Counted from the stretch's first letter, positions 10,687 through 22,580 are shown. The stretch: DNA of 64,000 nucleotides from an uncultured delta proteobacterium (GCA_963789395.1 CAWBKP010000025.1:32001-96000), one strand, 5' to 3'. The notes: a model not told the origin generated them from the letters alone. Numbers and translations: made by a program.

Positions 10687-10817
10687 GAGCCTCTTGCAAA
10701 ACCCTGTCAAATTGTCTCTTCCGTCATACCGGCGAAAGCCGGTATCCAGTGAATTCATGGCTTCTGGACCCCGGTTTTCACCGGGGCGACGAACTGCGGT
10801 ACTTTTGCAAGCGGTTC
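10687..10817. repeat. REP-like double-hairpin element with short terminal inverted repeats
   Basis: CGTCATACCGGCGAAAGCCGGTATCCAG...CTGGACCCCGGTTTTCACCGGGGCGACG flanked by GAGCCTCTTGCAAAA / TTTTGCAAGCGGTTC. Confidence 0.8.
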
Positions 10818-10886
10818 CAATGACCAAAATATGTAAATTCGAAATCCGAATCCCGAAATCCGAAATAATGACCCAGAACACGAAAA

Positions 10887-11056
10887 TCGGCCTTGATCAT
10901 CATCAATGCAGTATTTCCCCCTTTGGAAAAGGGGGATTTAGGGGGATTTGAAAACGGGGCTTAAATTACCGCAATCATGAAATCCCCCCTGGCCCCCCTT
11001 TTTTAAAGGGGGGAACAGTATTCTTCACGGTGGCCGAAACGATGATCAATGCCCGA
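10887..11056. repeat. Palindromic element with two CCCCCTTT-AAAGGGGG hairpins
   Basis: TCCCCCTTTGGAAAAGGGGGA and CCCCCCTTTTTTAAAGGGGGG in inverted arrangement; ends TCGGCCTTGATCATC / GATGATCAATGCCCGA. Confidence 0.7.
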
Positions 11057-11066
11057 AATCTTAAAG

Positions 11067-11203
11067 TTGATGATTTCACAAAAAGTCAAAAATCACTCCA
11101 TCCCGTCATTCCGGCGAAAGCCGGAATCCAGTACGTTCAGATAGTTGCCAAATTACTGGACCCCGGTTTTCACCGGGGTGACGACTTTTTGTGAGACCAT
11201 CAA
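11067..11203. repeat. MITE-like element with 21-bp TIRs and a REP-like core
   Basis: TTGATGATTTCACAAAAAGTC ... GACTTTTTGTGAGACCATCAA; core nearly identical to the core of the 10687 element. Confidence 0.82.
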
Positions 11204-11317
11204 TGTTCAAGACACTGAACGGATAGCTTGTGCCGTTTAGATATTTGAATTTTGAATTTGTTTCGAATTTCGATATTCGAATTTCGGATTTAGCCTGAAC
11301 GGATTTCCGCTCTTGCT

Positions 11318-11773
11318 CTAAATAAACACCCTCATCCTCCTGACAATTTCCGGTTTGGGCATGGCCCCCACAAGCGTGTCTCTCAGCCTGCCATTGTCAA
11401 AAATCAGCAGCGTCGGAATGCTCCGCGTGTCAAACCGGGAGGAAGTTATGGGGTTGGCGTCCACATTCAGTTTGCCGATCCGGAACCGCCCTTTGTACTC
11501 CATGGCAAGCTCGGTGACGATCGGCCCGACCATCGTGCAGGCGCTGCACCAGGGGGCCCAGCAATCTATCAGGACAGGCAGTGGAGACAGAAGCACTTTT
11601 TCCGCGAAATTGGCGTCCGTAATCATGATCGGCTGCTGAAGAAAAAGATCACTGGTTTTCAAGACAGCGCTGCATTTGCCGCATTTGCCCGGCTGGCCTG
11701 CATGGGCTGCCGGAATTCGGTTCCGGGTTCTGCACGATGCGCACCGGAACAGGTAATGGGTGGGGGTTGTCAT
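11318..11773 (-). CDS. trxC: Thioredoxin with N-terminal Zn finger (TrxC-like)
   Basis: CASC...CGKC N-terminus, WAPWCSAC active site, SIPTL. Confidence 0.88.
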   Translation of the reverse strand: MTTPTHYLFRCASCRTRNRIPAAHAGQPGKCGKCSAVLKTSDLFLQQPIMITDANFAEKVLLSPLPVLIDCWAPWCSACTMVGPIVTELAMEYKGRFRIGKLNVDANPITSSRFDTRSIPTLLIFDNGRLRDTLVGAMPKPEIVRRMRVFI

Positions 11774-13146
11774 CAGGGCATGACTCCATATTCTTTCAGT
11801 TTTTTGTGTAGGGTTTTTCGTGTAATCCCCAGTTTTCGGGCCGCCAGACTTTTGTTGCCGTCTGCGGATGCAAGTGCGCTAAGAATCGTCGCCTTTTCCA
11901 CAGCCGTCAGCGGCATGGTTTCGGTGGAGAGTGAAGGATTCATCAAAGCGGGGGGGGGCACGGCAGGTGCGGCCGGCAGCATGGGAAGTACCTGGTCGTC
12001 CAGATAGTCGCTTCGGGACAGTACAACCCCCCTTTCAACGGAATTCATCAATTCCCGGACGTTTCCCGGCCAGTCGTACCGGACCAGATGGTCCATCGTC
12101 TGCGGGGTGAACCCCTTGATGGTTTTATGATTCAAGGTTGAAAACTTCTCCAGAAAGTGGTGCGCCAGCAGCGGAATGTCCTCTTTACGCTCGCGCAGCG
12201 GCGGCAGATGGAGGTTCACAACATTCAGCCGGTAGTATAAATCCTCCCGAAAACGTCCCGATGTTGTCAGGGCCAGAAGATCCTTGTTGGTGGCGACAAT
12301 CAGACGCACATCCACGGCCAGTACCTGCTCACCGCCCACACGGGTAATTTCCCGTTCCTGAAGCACACGAAGCAGTTTGACCTGCATCATCAAGGACATT
12401 TCGCTGACCTCATCCAGAAAGAGGCTGCCCCCGCTGGCCTGCACGAATTTACCTTCTTTTCTGCGTTCCGCGCCGGTGAAGGCCCCTTTTTCATGCCCGA
12501 AAAGCTCCGATTCCAGCAGGGTTTCAGTAATGGCCGCACAGTTGATTTTGATGAAGGGGCCGGCTTTCCGGTGGCTGTTAAAATGAATGGCTCCGGCAAT
12601 CAGTTCTTTTCCGGTTCCGGATTCACCATGAATCAGAATGGTTGCCTCGGACGGTGCTACCTGGGCAACCGTTTCCAGAAGCATTTCCATTTTTCGGCCC
12701 TGTCCGATGATCTGCCGCCGGTCAAATTGCTGATCCAGGTGTTGCCTGAGCATGCGATTTTCTTCCCGCAGCAGGATGTGCTCCATGGCCCGTTCAATGG
12801 TGATTTTCAGTTTGTCGAAATCAAGGGGCTTGGTCAGATAATCATAAGCGCCGGCTTTCAGGGCTGAAACCGCGGATTCAATGGAGGAATAGGCGGTCAT
12901 GATAATCACCGGTATGGCCGGATTGATGGCCTTGATGCGGCCCAGCGCTTCCAGACCGGAGACTTTGAGCATGCGCACATCCATCAGGATCAGATCAAAC
13001 GGCCTTTCTTGAACAGTTGCTATGGCAACAGCGCCATCGTCGGCTTCAACGATTTCATATCCCCAACCGCCGATCAGCGTGCGCAGCATGGTCCGGTGCG
13101 CGGTATCATCATCAACGACAAGGATGGAACAGGATTTTTTTTTCAT
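11773..13146 (-). CDS. zraR: Sigma-54-dependent response regulator (ZraR/HydG-like)
   Basis: REC domain, GESGTGKEL, GAFTGA, WPGNVREL, Fis HTH. Confidence 0.88.
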   Translation of the reverse strand: MKKKSCSILVVDDDTAHRTMLRTLIGGWGYEIVEADDGAVAIATVQERPFDLILMDVRMLKVSGLEALGRIKAINPAIPVIIMTAYSSIESAVSALKAGAYDYLTKPLDFDKLKITIERAMEHILLREENRMLRQHLDQQFDRRQIIGQGRKMEMLLETVAQVAPSEATILIHGESGTGKELIAGAIHFNSHRKAGPFIKINCAAITETLLESELFGHEKGAFTGAERRKEGKFVQASGGSLFLDEVSEMSLMMQVKLLRVLQEREITRVGGEQVLAVDVRLIVATNKDLLALTTSGRFREDLYYRLNVVNLHLPPLRERKEDIPLLAHHFLEKFSTLNHKTIKGFTPQTMDHLVRYDWPGNVRELMNSVERGVVLSRSDYLDDQVLPMLPAAPAVPPPALMNPSLSTETMPLTAVEKATILSALASADGNKSLAARKLGITRKTLHKKLKEYGVMP

Positions 13147-14910
13147 GGGTGCGTGTTCTCACAGGGAAGTCGGATTGTTACCGTGGTGCCTTTGCCCGCC
13201 AGGCTTTCTACTTTGATGTCGCCGTTATGCGCCTCCACGATGTTATGGACGATGGCCAGTCCCATACCGGTTCCCGAGGTTTTGGTGGTAAAGTAGAGAT
13301 CAAAAATCTGCGAAAGATCGGTTTCGGAAATACCGGACCCGGTGTCCGAGATCTGAAGGACCAGGCGATCCTGATCGAGCGTGGCGCTGATCACGATCCT
13401 GCCGCCGCCGGTCATGGCGTCCGCGGCGTTCAGCAACAGATTCAGCAGTACCTGACTCATCTGGTCCGGATCCATGGGAATCGGGGGCAGTTCCGGTTGA
13501 ATGTGCGTCTCGATATCGATTTGATGGTCAGCGGATTGCCGCTGCATCAGCTTCAGCGTTTTTTCAATGAGTGCTGAAATAGGGACCGGCTGTCTGGTGA
13601 TGGATACCGGCTTTGCGAACGTCAGAAGCTGGCTGACCACACGGTTCAACCGGTCCACTTCCTGGATCATGATCGATGATACTTCCTGGTCTTCGGATAT
13701 GTGCGGGTACCGCTCCTTGAAATAGGTGGCGAAACCCTTTATCGAACTTAACGGGTTGCGGATTTCATGTGCAACACCGGCCGCAAGGCTGCCGATGGAT
13801 GCCAGCCGCTGGGATCTGGCCAGCGCTTTTTGAAGGGCCTGAACCTCCCGAAGGTCCTTGAACAAGAGAACGTATCCGAGAAAGGCGCCGGTTTCATCCT
13901 GGAGCTTCGCTGCGCTGACCTGAAGCGGAAGGCGTGTTTTCTCCGCGATGTGGCACACGATTTCCTTTTCAACCGCCTGGGTTTCGATATCCGGATGTGA
14001 AATCAGCTCCAAAAACATCCGGGGCAGCACCTCGGATGCTTTTTTCCCGGATGCCTGGCCTGCCGACAGGTTCAGAACCCGGTCCGCTACCTGATTAAAG
14101 GAGGTGATGACCAGAGACGTATCCAGGGCGATCAATCCGATGGGCATGTTTTCAACCAGGGTGTCGGAAAATGCCTTGATTCTGGAAAGCGACGCCCGGG
14201 TCATGCGGAAATTCTGGGCCAGAAACAGCATCATCACGCCGGCAAAACCGATGAAGAGCAGAATCGTTCCCATGACCACCGTATGCATGGCATCGGCATG
14301 CCGGGCCTCTTCAATGGAATCCATGTCCAGGCCGATAAATATAATTCGGGACGGGACCTGGTCCTTCAGCCGGAATCGGCAATAAAGCGGACAGCGGGTT
14401 GGGAGAATCCCCTTTTGTGCGACTCCGACGGAAACCCTGCGGCGGCCGGGTCGGGGTAAATCTGCGATAAAATTCAAATGTCTTTTTCCCGTTATTTTCG
14501 GGAATGATCCGCCAGAAACTTTCCGGTGACCCGGAAATGGCTTCCAGGTTCAAACCCTTTCCATAGGTATTTCCGATCTGCTCCGGATCACTGCTGGCCA
14601 TGATCATTCCGCCGGCATCCGTGACAATCAAATGGGCGATGTCCGGCTGCTGGGCGGTTTCTATCAGCAGTTTCTGAAGCTGAAACCCTTCCCATCGCCC
14701 CGCCATTCCGGTTCGGGTTCCGGCCTCAAACGAGCGGATCAGGGCAGCGGCTTTTTCTTTCAGCAGCCTTTCGGAGTTCTCCTTCTGCCGGTTGATGTTT
14801 TCAATCGTCATGAACGAGAAAATGGGCACCAGAACCAGCACTGCGCCGATCAGCACCCAGGGCGGGATGGCGGTCCAGAAACGATTTGATAGCAGATTGC
14901 CGGATGTCAT
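13143..14910 (-). CDS. zraS: Sensor histidine kinase (ZraS/HydH-like, with PAS); one frameshift near 14390
   Basis: ALIRSFEAGTRTGM periplasmic signature, AHEIRNPLSSIKGFA, G boxes. Confidence 0.85.
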
Positions 14911-14914
14911 TGTT

Positions 14915-15526
14915 TCACGAATAAAATGCGCTCAGATCCCCGGCTCCCTTGCGGATGATTTCAGGCGTATCGTCGATCAGCGATATGACACTTGACGGAT
15001 TTCCCGATACGGCGCCCGCATCTATCACCAGATCCAGCCGGGCTCCAAAATGCTCATGAATCAGGGACGGATGATCAAAGACAGCGCCGTCCGGAGCTGT
15101 CGCACTGGTAGAGATAATGGGATTGCCCAGCGCTTTGACCAGGGCGATACAGATCGGATGATCCGGCACGCGAATCCCTGCGGTTTTTCGTTTGGTCAGC
15201 ATGATTTTCGGAACCAGTTTCGATCCTTCCAGAATAAATGTATAGGGCCCGGGAAGATGGCGCTTGATGGTTTTATACCCGTAATTGGTTACCTTGGCGT
15301 AATCGCTGATATCTTTCAGATCCGAGCAGATGAAGCTGAAGGGCTTGGATGAATCCCGCTGCTTGATCTGATAAATTCTCTGAATGGCCTTTTTATTCAT
15401 GATATCGCAGCCGATGCCGTAAAACGTATCTGTCGGATAGGCGATGATGCCCCCGTCTTTCAGAATATCCGCTACTTTGGCGATGAGCCGCGGCTGCGGC
15501 GTTGTGGGATTGATACTGATCAGCAT
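14915..15526 (-). CDS. Sua5/YciO/YrdC family (threonylcarbamoyl-AMP synthase-like)
   Basis: YPTDTFYGIGC, LPGPYTFI, GIRVPD, ISTSA. Confidence 0.9.
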   Translation of the reverse strand: MLISINPTTPQPRLIAKVADILKDGGIIAYPTDTFYGIGCDIMNKKAIQRIYQIKQRDSSKPFSFICSDLKDISDYAKVTNYGYKTIKRHLPGPYTFILEGSKLVPKIMLTKRKTAGIRVPDHPICIALVKALGNPIISTSATAPDGAVFDHPSLIHEHFGARLDLVIDAGAVSGNPSSVISLIDDTPEIIRKGAGDLSAFYS

Positions 15527-15883
15527 GGTTTCATCCAGGAAAAAGATCAACCCAATAAAAGTTACAAGATAAGGATAAATGGATTGCAGAGAAAATATGA
15601 AGCGACTATCGCATAATCTATCCGAAACTTTAATATAGTACTATACCCATGATCAAATGACAACGGAATATGTATTGCCAATAAGACAAAACGATACGAT
15701 GCAATCATGATGGATTTAGAGTGGCGTTAGGGTCATTCTTGACTTTGAGCCGCTTTTATGAGCATTATACAATCAAGTATCGAATGTGGAACCAGCAAAA
15801 TTCGGTCGTTTTTTCATGACTTTGTTTTTTTCGAAGGACTTTGTGAACAAATCTGTTTTTACTAAAAATCTTCAGGAACGCTC

Positions 15884-18436
15884 ATGACACAATTTCAAAC
15901 GCTGTATGTTTTTCCCACCATCCCCGAACCCTTGCTGTTTCTGGATCAATTGTCACGAAACCTCTGGTGGAGCTGGCAGCGGGATGCGGTTGAACTGTTT
16001 CGCCGCATTGATCCCCAGCTCTGGCGGGAAGCCAATGGGAACCCGCTTTATTTTTCGACACTGGTGCCTCAGGAGCGTCTTCAGGAGCTTTCTCTGGATG
16101 AAAGTTTTCTGGCCCATCAAGCGCGGGTCAAGGCGCGGTTTGAGTCCATGCTTCAGGCGCCGATGAATTCGTCTTCGTCAGTTTTCGGCGACAAGGGGAC
16201 GGTTGCTTATTTTTCAATGGAATTCGGCATTCATGAAAGTCTGCCGCTGTTCGCAGGGGGGCTGGGCGTTCTGGCCGGAGACCATTTAAAATCCGCGTCG
16301 GACATGCGGGTGCCGCTGACCGGAGTCGGTCTTTACTACCGGCAGGGGTATTTTCATCAATATCTGGATTATGACGGATTTCAGCAGGAAGCCTATCCCA
16401 GAACCGATATGTATTCCATTCCCCTGGAGCGCGCCCTGGATCCGGAAGGAAATGAGGTTCAAATATCGGTGTCCGGTCCGGACGGAGAAATTCGTGCCAT
16501 GGTGTGGAAACTGAATATCGGCAGAATTCCGCTCTATCTTCTGGATACCAATATTCGGGATAATCCTCCCGAAATCAGAGACATTACCTCGAGTCTGTAT
16601 ACCGGAGACCAGAAAAAACGCCTGGCCCAGGAAATGCTTCTGGGAATAGGCGGCATGCGGGCACTGACCGCATTGGGAATTTTTCCGACCGTGTGCCACA
16701 TGAATGAAGGTCACTGTTCTTTTGCAAGCCTGGAGCGACTGTCCCTGTTTATGACCCGGCTGAATGTCGACATTAAAATCGCTCTGGAAATCGTGCCCCG
16801 AACAACCGTTTTTACCACCCATACGCCGGTTGCGGCCGGCCATGACGAATTCCCGCCGTTTCTGGTAAAGCCGTATCTCATCCCCTTGCAGGAACGTCTT
16901 CAGACGTCCGCCGAAGACATGCTTGCCTGGGGTCAGCCCATTACGGCTTCATCCGATCAACCGTTTTCCATGTTTGTTCTGGGCCAGCGACTGGCACAGT
17001 ATTGCAACGGCGTGAGCAATCTGCACGGAAAAGTCGCCCGGCGCATGTGGATGCATATCTGGCCGGGGATTCCGGAAGGCGAGATCCCGATCACGCATGT
17101 CACCAACGGCGTCCATATCCCTACCTGGATATCCCATGAAAACGCCCTTCTGTTTGAACGCTATATCGGTCCGGACTGGCACATGGATATCAGGAATCCG
17201 GAAAACCTCAAGCGGTTCGATCAAATTTATGATGAAGAGCTCTGGCGGGCCCATGACATGAACCGCTCCAGGCTCATCCGCACCTGCCGGGAGATGATGA
17301 TCTCTCAGTATCAGCGCCGCCACGCGCCCATGGCCAGAATGAAGGATGCCGAATCGGTGCTGGAGCAGGATGTCCTGACCATTGCATTCGCCAGGCGTTT
17401 TGCCTCTTACAAACGAGCTTACCTGATTCTTCAGGAACCCGAGCGTTTTGAAGACATTCTGAATTCCAAAACGCATCCCGTGCAGTTTATTTTTTCCGGA
17501 AAGGCCCATCCCCGTGATACCGAAGGCAAGGATCTGATCAAGCGTCTGATTCAATTTTCCCGTAGACCCAGTGTGCGGCACCGGATCGTTTTTCTGGAAG
17601 ATTATGACATCCATATTGCCCGGCATCTGGTTCAGGGTGCGGATGTCTGGCTCAATACGCCGCGAAGACCGTTTGAAGCCTGCGGCACGTCCGGCATCAA
17701 GGCGGCCATTAACGGCGTTCTCAACGTCAGTATTTTGGACGGCTGGTGGGATGAAGGCTATTCCGAAGACTGCGGCTGGCAGATTGGAAACCGTATCGAT
17801 CATACGGACTCCGGTTATCAGGATCTGCTGGACAGCCGGTCCCTTTACAATGTTCTGGAAAATGAAGTCATCCCCTGTTTTTACGAAAGAAGCAAGGGTG
17901 GCATTCCGGTAACGTGGATCCGAATGATGAAGGCATCCATGAAAATGGCCATGCGGCAGTTCAGCAGCCAGCGGATGGTCGGCGACTACCAGGAGAAATT
18001 TTACCACCCGGGCGCCTATCGATCCCAGGAACTGCTGTATAATCAAGCTGATGAGTCCAGGCAGCTGGCGGCCCAGCATCTCAGGCTGATGCAGAACTGG
18101 AAACAGATTCACCTCATGCCGCCGGTTGTCGTGAACCCCAAAAAATTTTATCGGATCGGTGATGCCTTCAGCGTAACGGTGGCGGTTCATCTGGGGATGC
18201 TTGATCCCCGTGAAGTGGACGTGGAGCTGTGTGTGGGAACCCAAAAAACGGTCGATGCGCTTGAAGATATTCAGACGGAAATCATGACCGTCAGCGAAGA
18301 GCTTGGATACAATCACTACATGTATTCCTGCACCACAATCTGTAAAGTCTCCGGACAGTTTGCCTTTACGGCAAGGGTGATGCCGCGGGGAGACAACTGG
18401 GTGAAATATACCCCCGGGCTGATTACCTGGGCCTAA
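15884..18436 (+). CDS. glgP: Alpha-glucan (glycogen) phosphorylase
   Basis: NLWWSW, YFSMEFG, GGLGVLAGD, HMNEGH, EACGTSGIKA, LDGWW. Confidence 0.96.
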   Translation: MTQFQTLYVFPTIPEPLLFLDQLSRNLWWSWQRDAVELFRRIDPQLWREANGNPLYFSTLVPQERLQELSLDESFLAHQARVKARFESMLQAPMNSSSSVFGDKGTVAYFSMEFGIHESLPLFAGGLGVLAGDHLKSASDMRVPLTGVGLYYRQGYFHQYLDYDGFQQEAYPRTDMYSIPLERALDPEGNEVQISVSGPDGEIRAMVWKLNIGRIPLYLLDTNIRDNPPEIRDITSSLYTGDQKKRLAQEMLLGIGGMRALTALGIFPTVCHMNEGHCSFASLERLSLFMTRLNVDIKIALEIVPRTTVFTTHTPVAAGHDEFPPFLVKPYLIPLQERLQTSAEDMLAWGQPITASSDQPFSMFVLGQRLAQYCNGVSNLHGKVARRMWMHIWPGIPEGEIPITHVTNGVHIPTWISHENALLFERYIGPDWHMDIRNPENLKRFDQIYDEELWRAHDMNRSRLIRTCREMMISQYQRRHAPMARMKDAESVLEQDVLTIAFARRFASYKRAYLILQEPERFEDILNSKTHPVQFIFSGKAHPRDTEGKDLIKRLIQFSRRPSVRHRIVFLEDYDIHIARHLVQGADVWLNTPRRPFEACGTSGIKAAINGVLNVSILDGWWDEGYSEDCGWQIGNRIDHTDSGYQDLLDSRSLYNVLENEVIPCFYERSKGGIPVTWIRMMKASMKMAMRQFSSQRMVGDYQEKFYHPGAYRSQELLYNQADESRQLAAQHLRLMQNWKQIHLMPPVVVNPKKFYRIGDAFSVTVAVHLGMLDPREVDVELCVGTQKTVDALEDIQTEIMTVSEELGYNHYMYSCTTICKVSGQFAFTARVMPRGDNWVKYTPGLITWA

Positions 18437-18454
18437 GGAAACAAGGATTTTATC

Positions 18455-19962
18455 ATGGCATTATCTCGAAACCCCCGCATTTTGATTGTGACCCCGGAAG
18501 TCACCTATCTGCCCAACCGTATGGGAAGCCTGGCCAGTTATCTGACGGCCAAAGCCGGCGGTCTCGCCGATGTCTCGGCGGCGCTGGTGACTGCGCTGTT
18601 TGACCAGGGCGCCGATGTTCATGTGGCTATGCCGGATTATCGGGCGATTTTCAGCGGACAGATGGCGCCTTTTTTGTCCAAGGAGCTTCAGGCCATTCAG
18701 AACAAAATGCCGGAAGAACGGATCCATCTCGCGGAAGACCGGGCGTTTTTTTACAAAAACCGGGTCTATTCGGATTACTGGCTGGAAAACATTAAAATGT
18801 CGCTGGCTTTTCAGCGGGAAGTCATCAACAACATCGTTCCCAGGGTTCAGCCCGATCTGATTCACTGCAACGACTGGATGACCGGGTTGATACCTGCCAT
18901 GTCCCGGAGAATGGGGATTCCCTGTCTGTTTACCATTCACAACATTCATACCATGAAAACCTATCTGTGGCAGATTGAAGACCGGGGAATCGATGCCGCC
19001 TATTTCTGGCAGCATCTGTATTATGACCGCATGGCTGTCGAATATGAGGAAAGCCGGGATTCAAATGCCGTGGATTTTCTGACCAGCGGCATTTTTGCAG
19101 CGCACTTTGTCAATACCGTGAGTCCCACTTTTTTAATGGAAGTCGTTGAAGGCCGGCACGGTTTTATCGAAAGATCCATCCAGCAGGAGATGGCCAACAA
19201 ATGGCATGCAGGATGCGCGGCAGGTATCCTGAATGCGCCGGATCCGGCGTTTAGTCCCTTGCATGATAAATATCTGACGGCAACCTTTGGTCCGGATGAT
19301 CACGCTGCGGGAAAAAAACAAACAAGCTGGCCCTTCAAAAACTTCTGGGATTGATCCAGGATGAGAACGCACCGGTGTTTTTCTGGCCATCGCGTCTGGA
19401 CAGCATTCAAAAAGGGTCGCAGCTGCTGGCGGATATTCTCTATTCGGTCATTTCCAGGTACTGGCAGAGCAATCTGGAGGTTATTTTTGTCGCCAACGGA
19501 GAATATCAGCAGCATTTTAAAGACATTGCCCTGCACCACGGCATCCAGAACCGGATTGCTGTCTGCGATTTCAGTGAAGACCTTGAGCACCTGGCTTACG
19601 GGGCCTCGAATTTCATCCTGATGCCGTCGCTGTTTGAACCCTGCGGGCTGCCGCAGATGATCGCGCCGATCTATGGGTCTCTGCCCGTTGTCCATGACAC
19701 GGGCGGCATTCATGATACGATCAGCCATCTGGATGCATTAAAACATGCCGGAAACGGCTTTTTGTTCAAAAATCATGATGCAGCCGGTCTATCCTGGGCC
19801 ATCGACCAGGCCATGGCGTTTTATCAGCTTCCCGAGAAAAGCAAACAGTTCGAGATCCGGCGCATCATGAAAGACAGCACCGCCCGGTTCAACCATTCGG
19901 TAACCGCAAAGCAGTATATCGATCTGTATGAAAAGATGCTTCAGAGGCCGCTTATCAATTAG
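18455..19962 (+). CDS. glgA: Glycogen/starch synthase (GT5); one homopolymer frameshift near 19320
   Basis: KAGGLADV, HCNDW, FTIHN, TVSP, MPSLFEPCGL, TGGIHDT. Confidence 0.88.
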
Positions 19963-20045
19963 TTTCTGAACGGAGAACTTAAAAAATAAAAAATCGAAAC
20001 AATGTAAAATTCAATTCAAATCCCGACTTTTACCGTGGAAAAAGT

Positions 20046-20066
20046 TCCCCCTTTTTCAAAGGGGGA
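20046..20066. repeat. CCCCCTTT-AAAGGGGG palindrome next to a degenerate heptamer arm (19965-20025)
   Basis: TCCCCCTTTTTCAAAGGGGGA, same family as the hairpins in 10887-11056. Confidence 0.55.
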
Positions 20067-20099
20067 TGGTATTATTTTTTATAAATGGAGAAGTGACAG

Positions 20100-21705
20100 A
20101 TGACCGAATTTACGTATCAGGAGATGTTTCCTCTGGGGCCAGACACGACGGAATATCGCCGGTTGACAGCCGACTTTGTTTCAGAAGCTTCCTTCGAAGG
20201 CCATGCCATGGTGAAGATTGCTCCAGAGGGCCTGACCCTGCTGGCGGAGCAGGCTTTTAAAGACGTTTCTCACCTTTTGAGAACATCCCATCTCCTGCAG
20301 CTGGTCAAGATATTACATGATTCCGAGAGCTCTGCCAACGACCGGTACGTCGCCCTTGAAATGCTGAAAAACGCCGTGATTTCCGCTGAAGGCGAATATC
20401 CCATGTGTCAGGATACCGGAACCGCCGTGATCATGGGCAAAAAAGGCCAGCAGAATCTGGACCGGGTTTTCGGATGAAGCGGCCCTTTCCCGGGGCGTTT
20501 TCAATGCCTATACCCAGGGCAATCTCCGGTATTCCCAGAATGCGCCGCTGACGCCTTTACGAGGAAAAAAACACCGGCTGCAATCTGCCGGCCCAGATCG
20601 ATATTTTTGCGACTCCCGGAGATGCCTATAAATTTCTCTTCATTGCCAAGGGCGGCGGCTCCGCCAACAAAACCTATCTCTTTCAGGAAACAAAGGCCGT
20701 GCTGGCGCCGGATAAGCTCCCGGAATATTTCAAAGGCCAAAATGAAAAGCCTCGGACCGCGGCCTGCCCGCCCTATCACCTGGCCTTTGTTATCGGCGGC
20801 ACCTCGGCGGAAACCAACCTTAAAACCGTGAAACTGGCCTCGGCAGGCTATCTGGATGGGCTGCCGGAGCAGGGAAACGCCTGGGCCACGCCTTCCGGGA
20901 CAGGACTGGAAGCCGTGCTGTAAGATGTCGCGGGACCTCGGCTTGGGCGCCCAGTTCGGCGGGGTGATTTCTGCCATGATGTCCGGGTGATCCGACTGCC
21001 CCGGCATGGGGCTTCCTGCCCCATCGGCATGGGCGTCAGCTGCAGCGCGGACCGCAACATCAAGGCCAGAATCACCGGGACGGCATTTTTCTGGAAAAGC
21101 TTGAAACCAATCCCGCGCAGTTTCTTCCGGAACCCTCGGGCGCGGCGGATGACGCCGTTCGGATCGATCTGAACCGGCCCATGAGTGAAATCCGGGAAAC
21201 CTTCAGCAAGTATCCCGTTTCCACCCGGCTTGCTGCTGACCGGAGACATTGTCGTGGGAAGAGATATCGCTCATGCCAAGCTCAAGGAGCGTCTCGACCG
21301 GGGCGAGGATCTGCCCGAATATTTCAAGAATCACATCGTGTATTATGCCGGACCTGCCAAAACCCCCAAAGGCCGGGCCTCGGGCTCGTTCGGCCCGACG
21401 ACCGCGGGCCGCATGGATCCTTATGTTCCCCTGTTTCAGGCAAGGGGCGGCTCCATGATCATGCTGGCCAAGGGAAACCGCACCCGGCAGGTTACGGATT
21501 CCTGCAAAAAATACGGCGGATTCTATCTGGGGTCCATCGGCGGGCCGGCGGCACGTCTGGGCAGGACTGCATTACCCGCATCGAAATCCTTGAATATCCG
21601 GAACTGGGAATGGAAGCGATTTTCAAGATTACGGTCAAGGATTTTCCCGCGTTTATCATCGTGGATGACAAGGGAAATGACTTTTTTTCCAGCCTGATGC
21701 TTTAG
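20100..21705 (+). CDS. Class I (Fe-S) fumarate hydratase, multiply frameshifted
   Basis: [66 protein letters not shown] across several frames. Confidence 0.9.
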
Positions 21706-21720
21706 TAAAAAGGAGGCCTT

Positions 21721-22564
21721 TTGAAAACCGATATTACCATTCTTTGCGACAATTATGTGGGACGGCCCGGTTTTATTGGAGAGCATGGATTCAGCACCTT
21801 GATTGAAAGCGGAGAGAAACGGTATCTCTTTGACGCCGGCTCAGGCGTCGGCCTATTCAACAATCTGAAGCTGCTTGATAAAAACCTGAAAGGGGTCAGC
21901 CGCATTTTTCTCAGCCACGGCCATTACGATCATACCGGCGGGCTTAAAGCCGTGCTTCAGGAAACCGGTCCGGTGAAAGTGGTTGCCCATCCGGATGTTT
22001 TCTCCGGGCACTATGTCAAAAATCCCCTGCTGTTTGCCAATGAGCCCCGATATATCGGCAGTCCCTGTTTCAAAAGAAGAATTGTCCGATCTGGGAGCGG
22101 AGTTTACCTGGGTGGATCAGACCCGGCAAGTGGAAGACGGGATCTGGTTTGTTACCGGAGTTCCCTGTAAACCGGAACAGAACTTTCAGGACCCCCAGCT
22201 TCTGCTTCAGAAAGGAGATGCGTTTTCCCCGGATCCCATCAGTGATGACGCCAGCCTTTTGATTGAAACTGCTTCAGATCCGGTGCTGCTACTGGGGTGC
22301 GCCCATGCCGGTGTGCTGAACATTCTGGATCATCTTCAGGACACCCTGAAAATCCGAAAACTGCGGGCCATCCTTGGCGGAACCCATCTGATGTTTTTTT
22401 CACCGGAACGGATTGCCGCGGTGATACGGCGCTTCGAAGATTTCGGCGTGGAGCAGGTCGGGGTTTCCCATTGTACCGGAATGTCGGCTACCGTTGCATT
22501 GGGTGCCCATTTCAAGGACAGATTTGCGGCGGCTGCCGCCGGCAGTGTGTTTTCCTTTGATTGA
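21721..22564 (+). CDS. MBL-fold metallo-hydrolase (frameshift near 22070)
   Basis: [34 protein letters not shown] start behind an AGGAGG RBS. Confidence 0.85.
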
Positions 22565-22580
22565 AGGTCTACATGAAGAG

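Larger units (their letters stand above)
10835..11291. repeat. Heptamer-periodic inverted-repeat element, split by two nested elements
   Basis: Left arm AAATTCG AAATCCG AATCCCG AAATCCG (10835-10870); right arm TTTGAATTTGTTTCGAATTTCGATATTCGAATTTCGGATTT ending at 11291. Confidence 0.8.

Noticed and set aside
10687..11300. CRISPR array
   Set aside because: The repeats are inverted and nested, not equal-length direct repeats with unique spacers, and there are no cas genes
16949..18316. Long antisense ORFs (also 8019-8927, 23228-24112, 39050-39856, 62588-63394)
   Set aside because: Shadows of well-supported genes on the opposite strand, with no recognisable motifs
19300..19360. Programmed frameshift in glgA
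   Set aside because: A single indel in an A-run, in an assembly with many similar homopolymer errors
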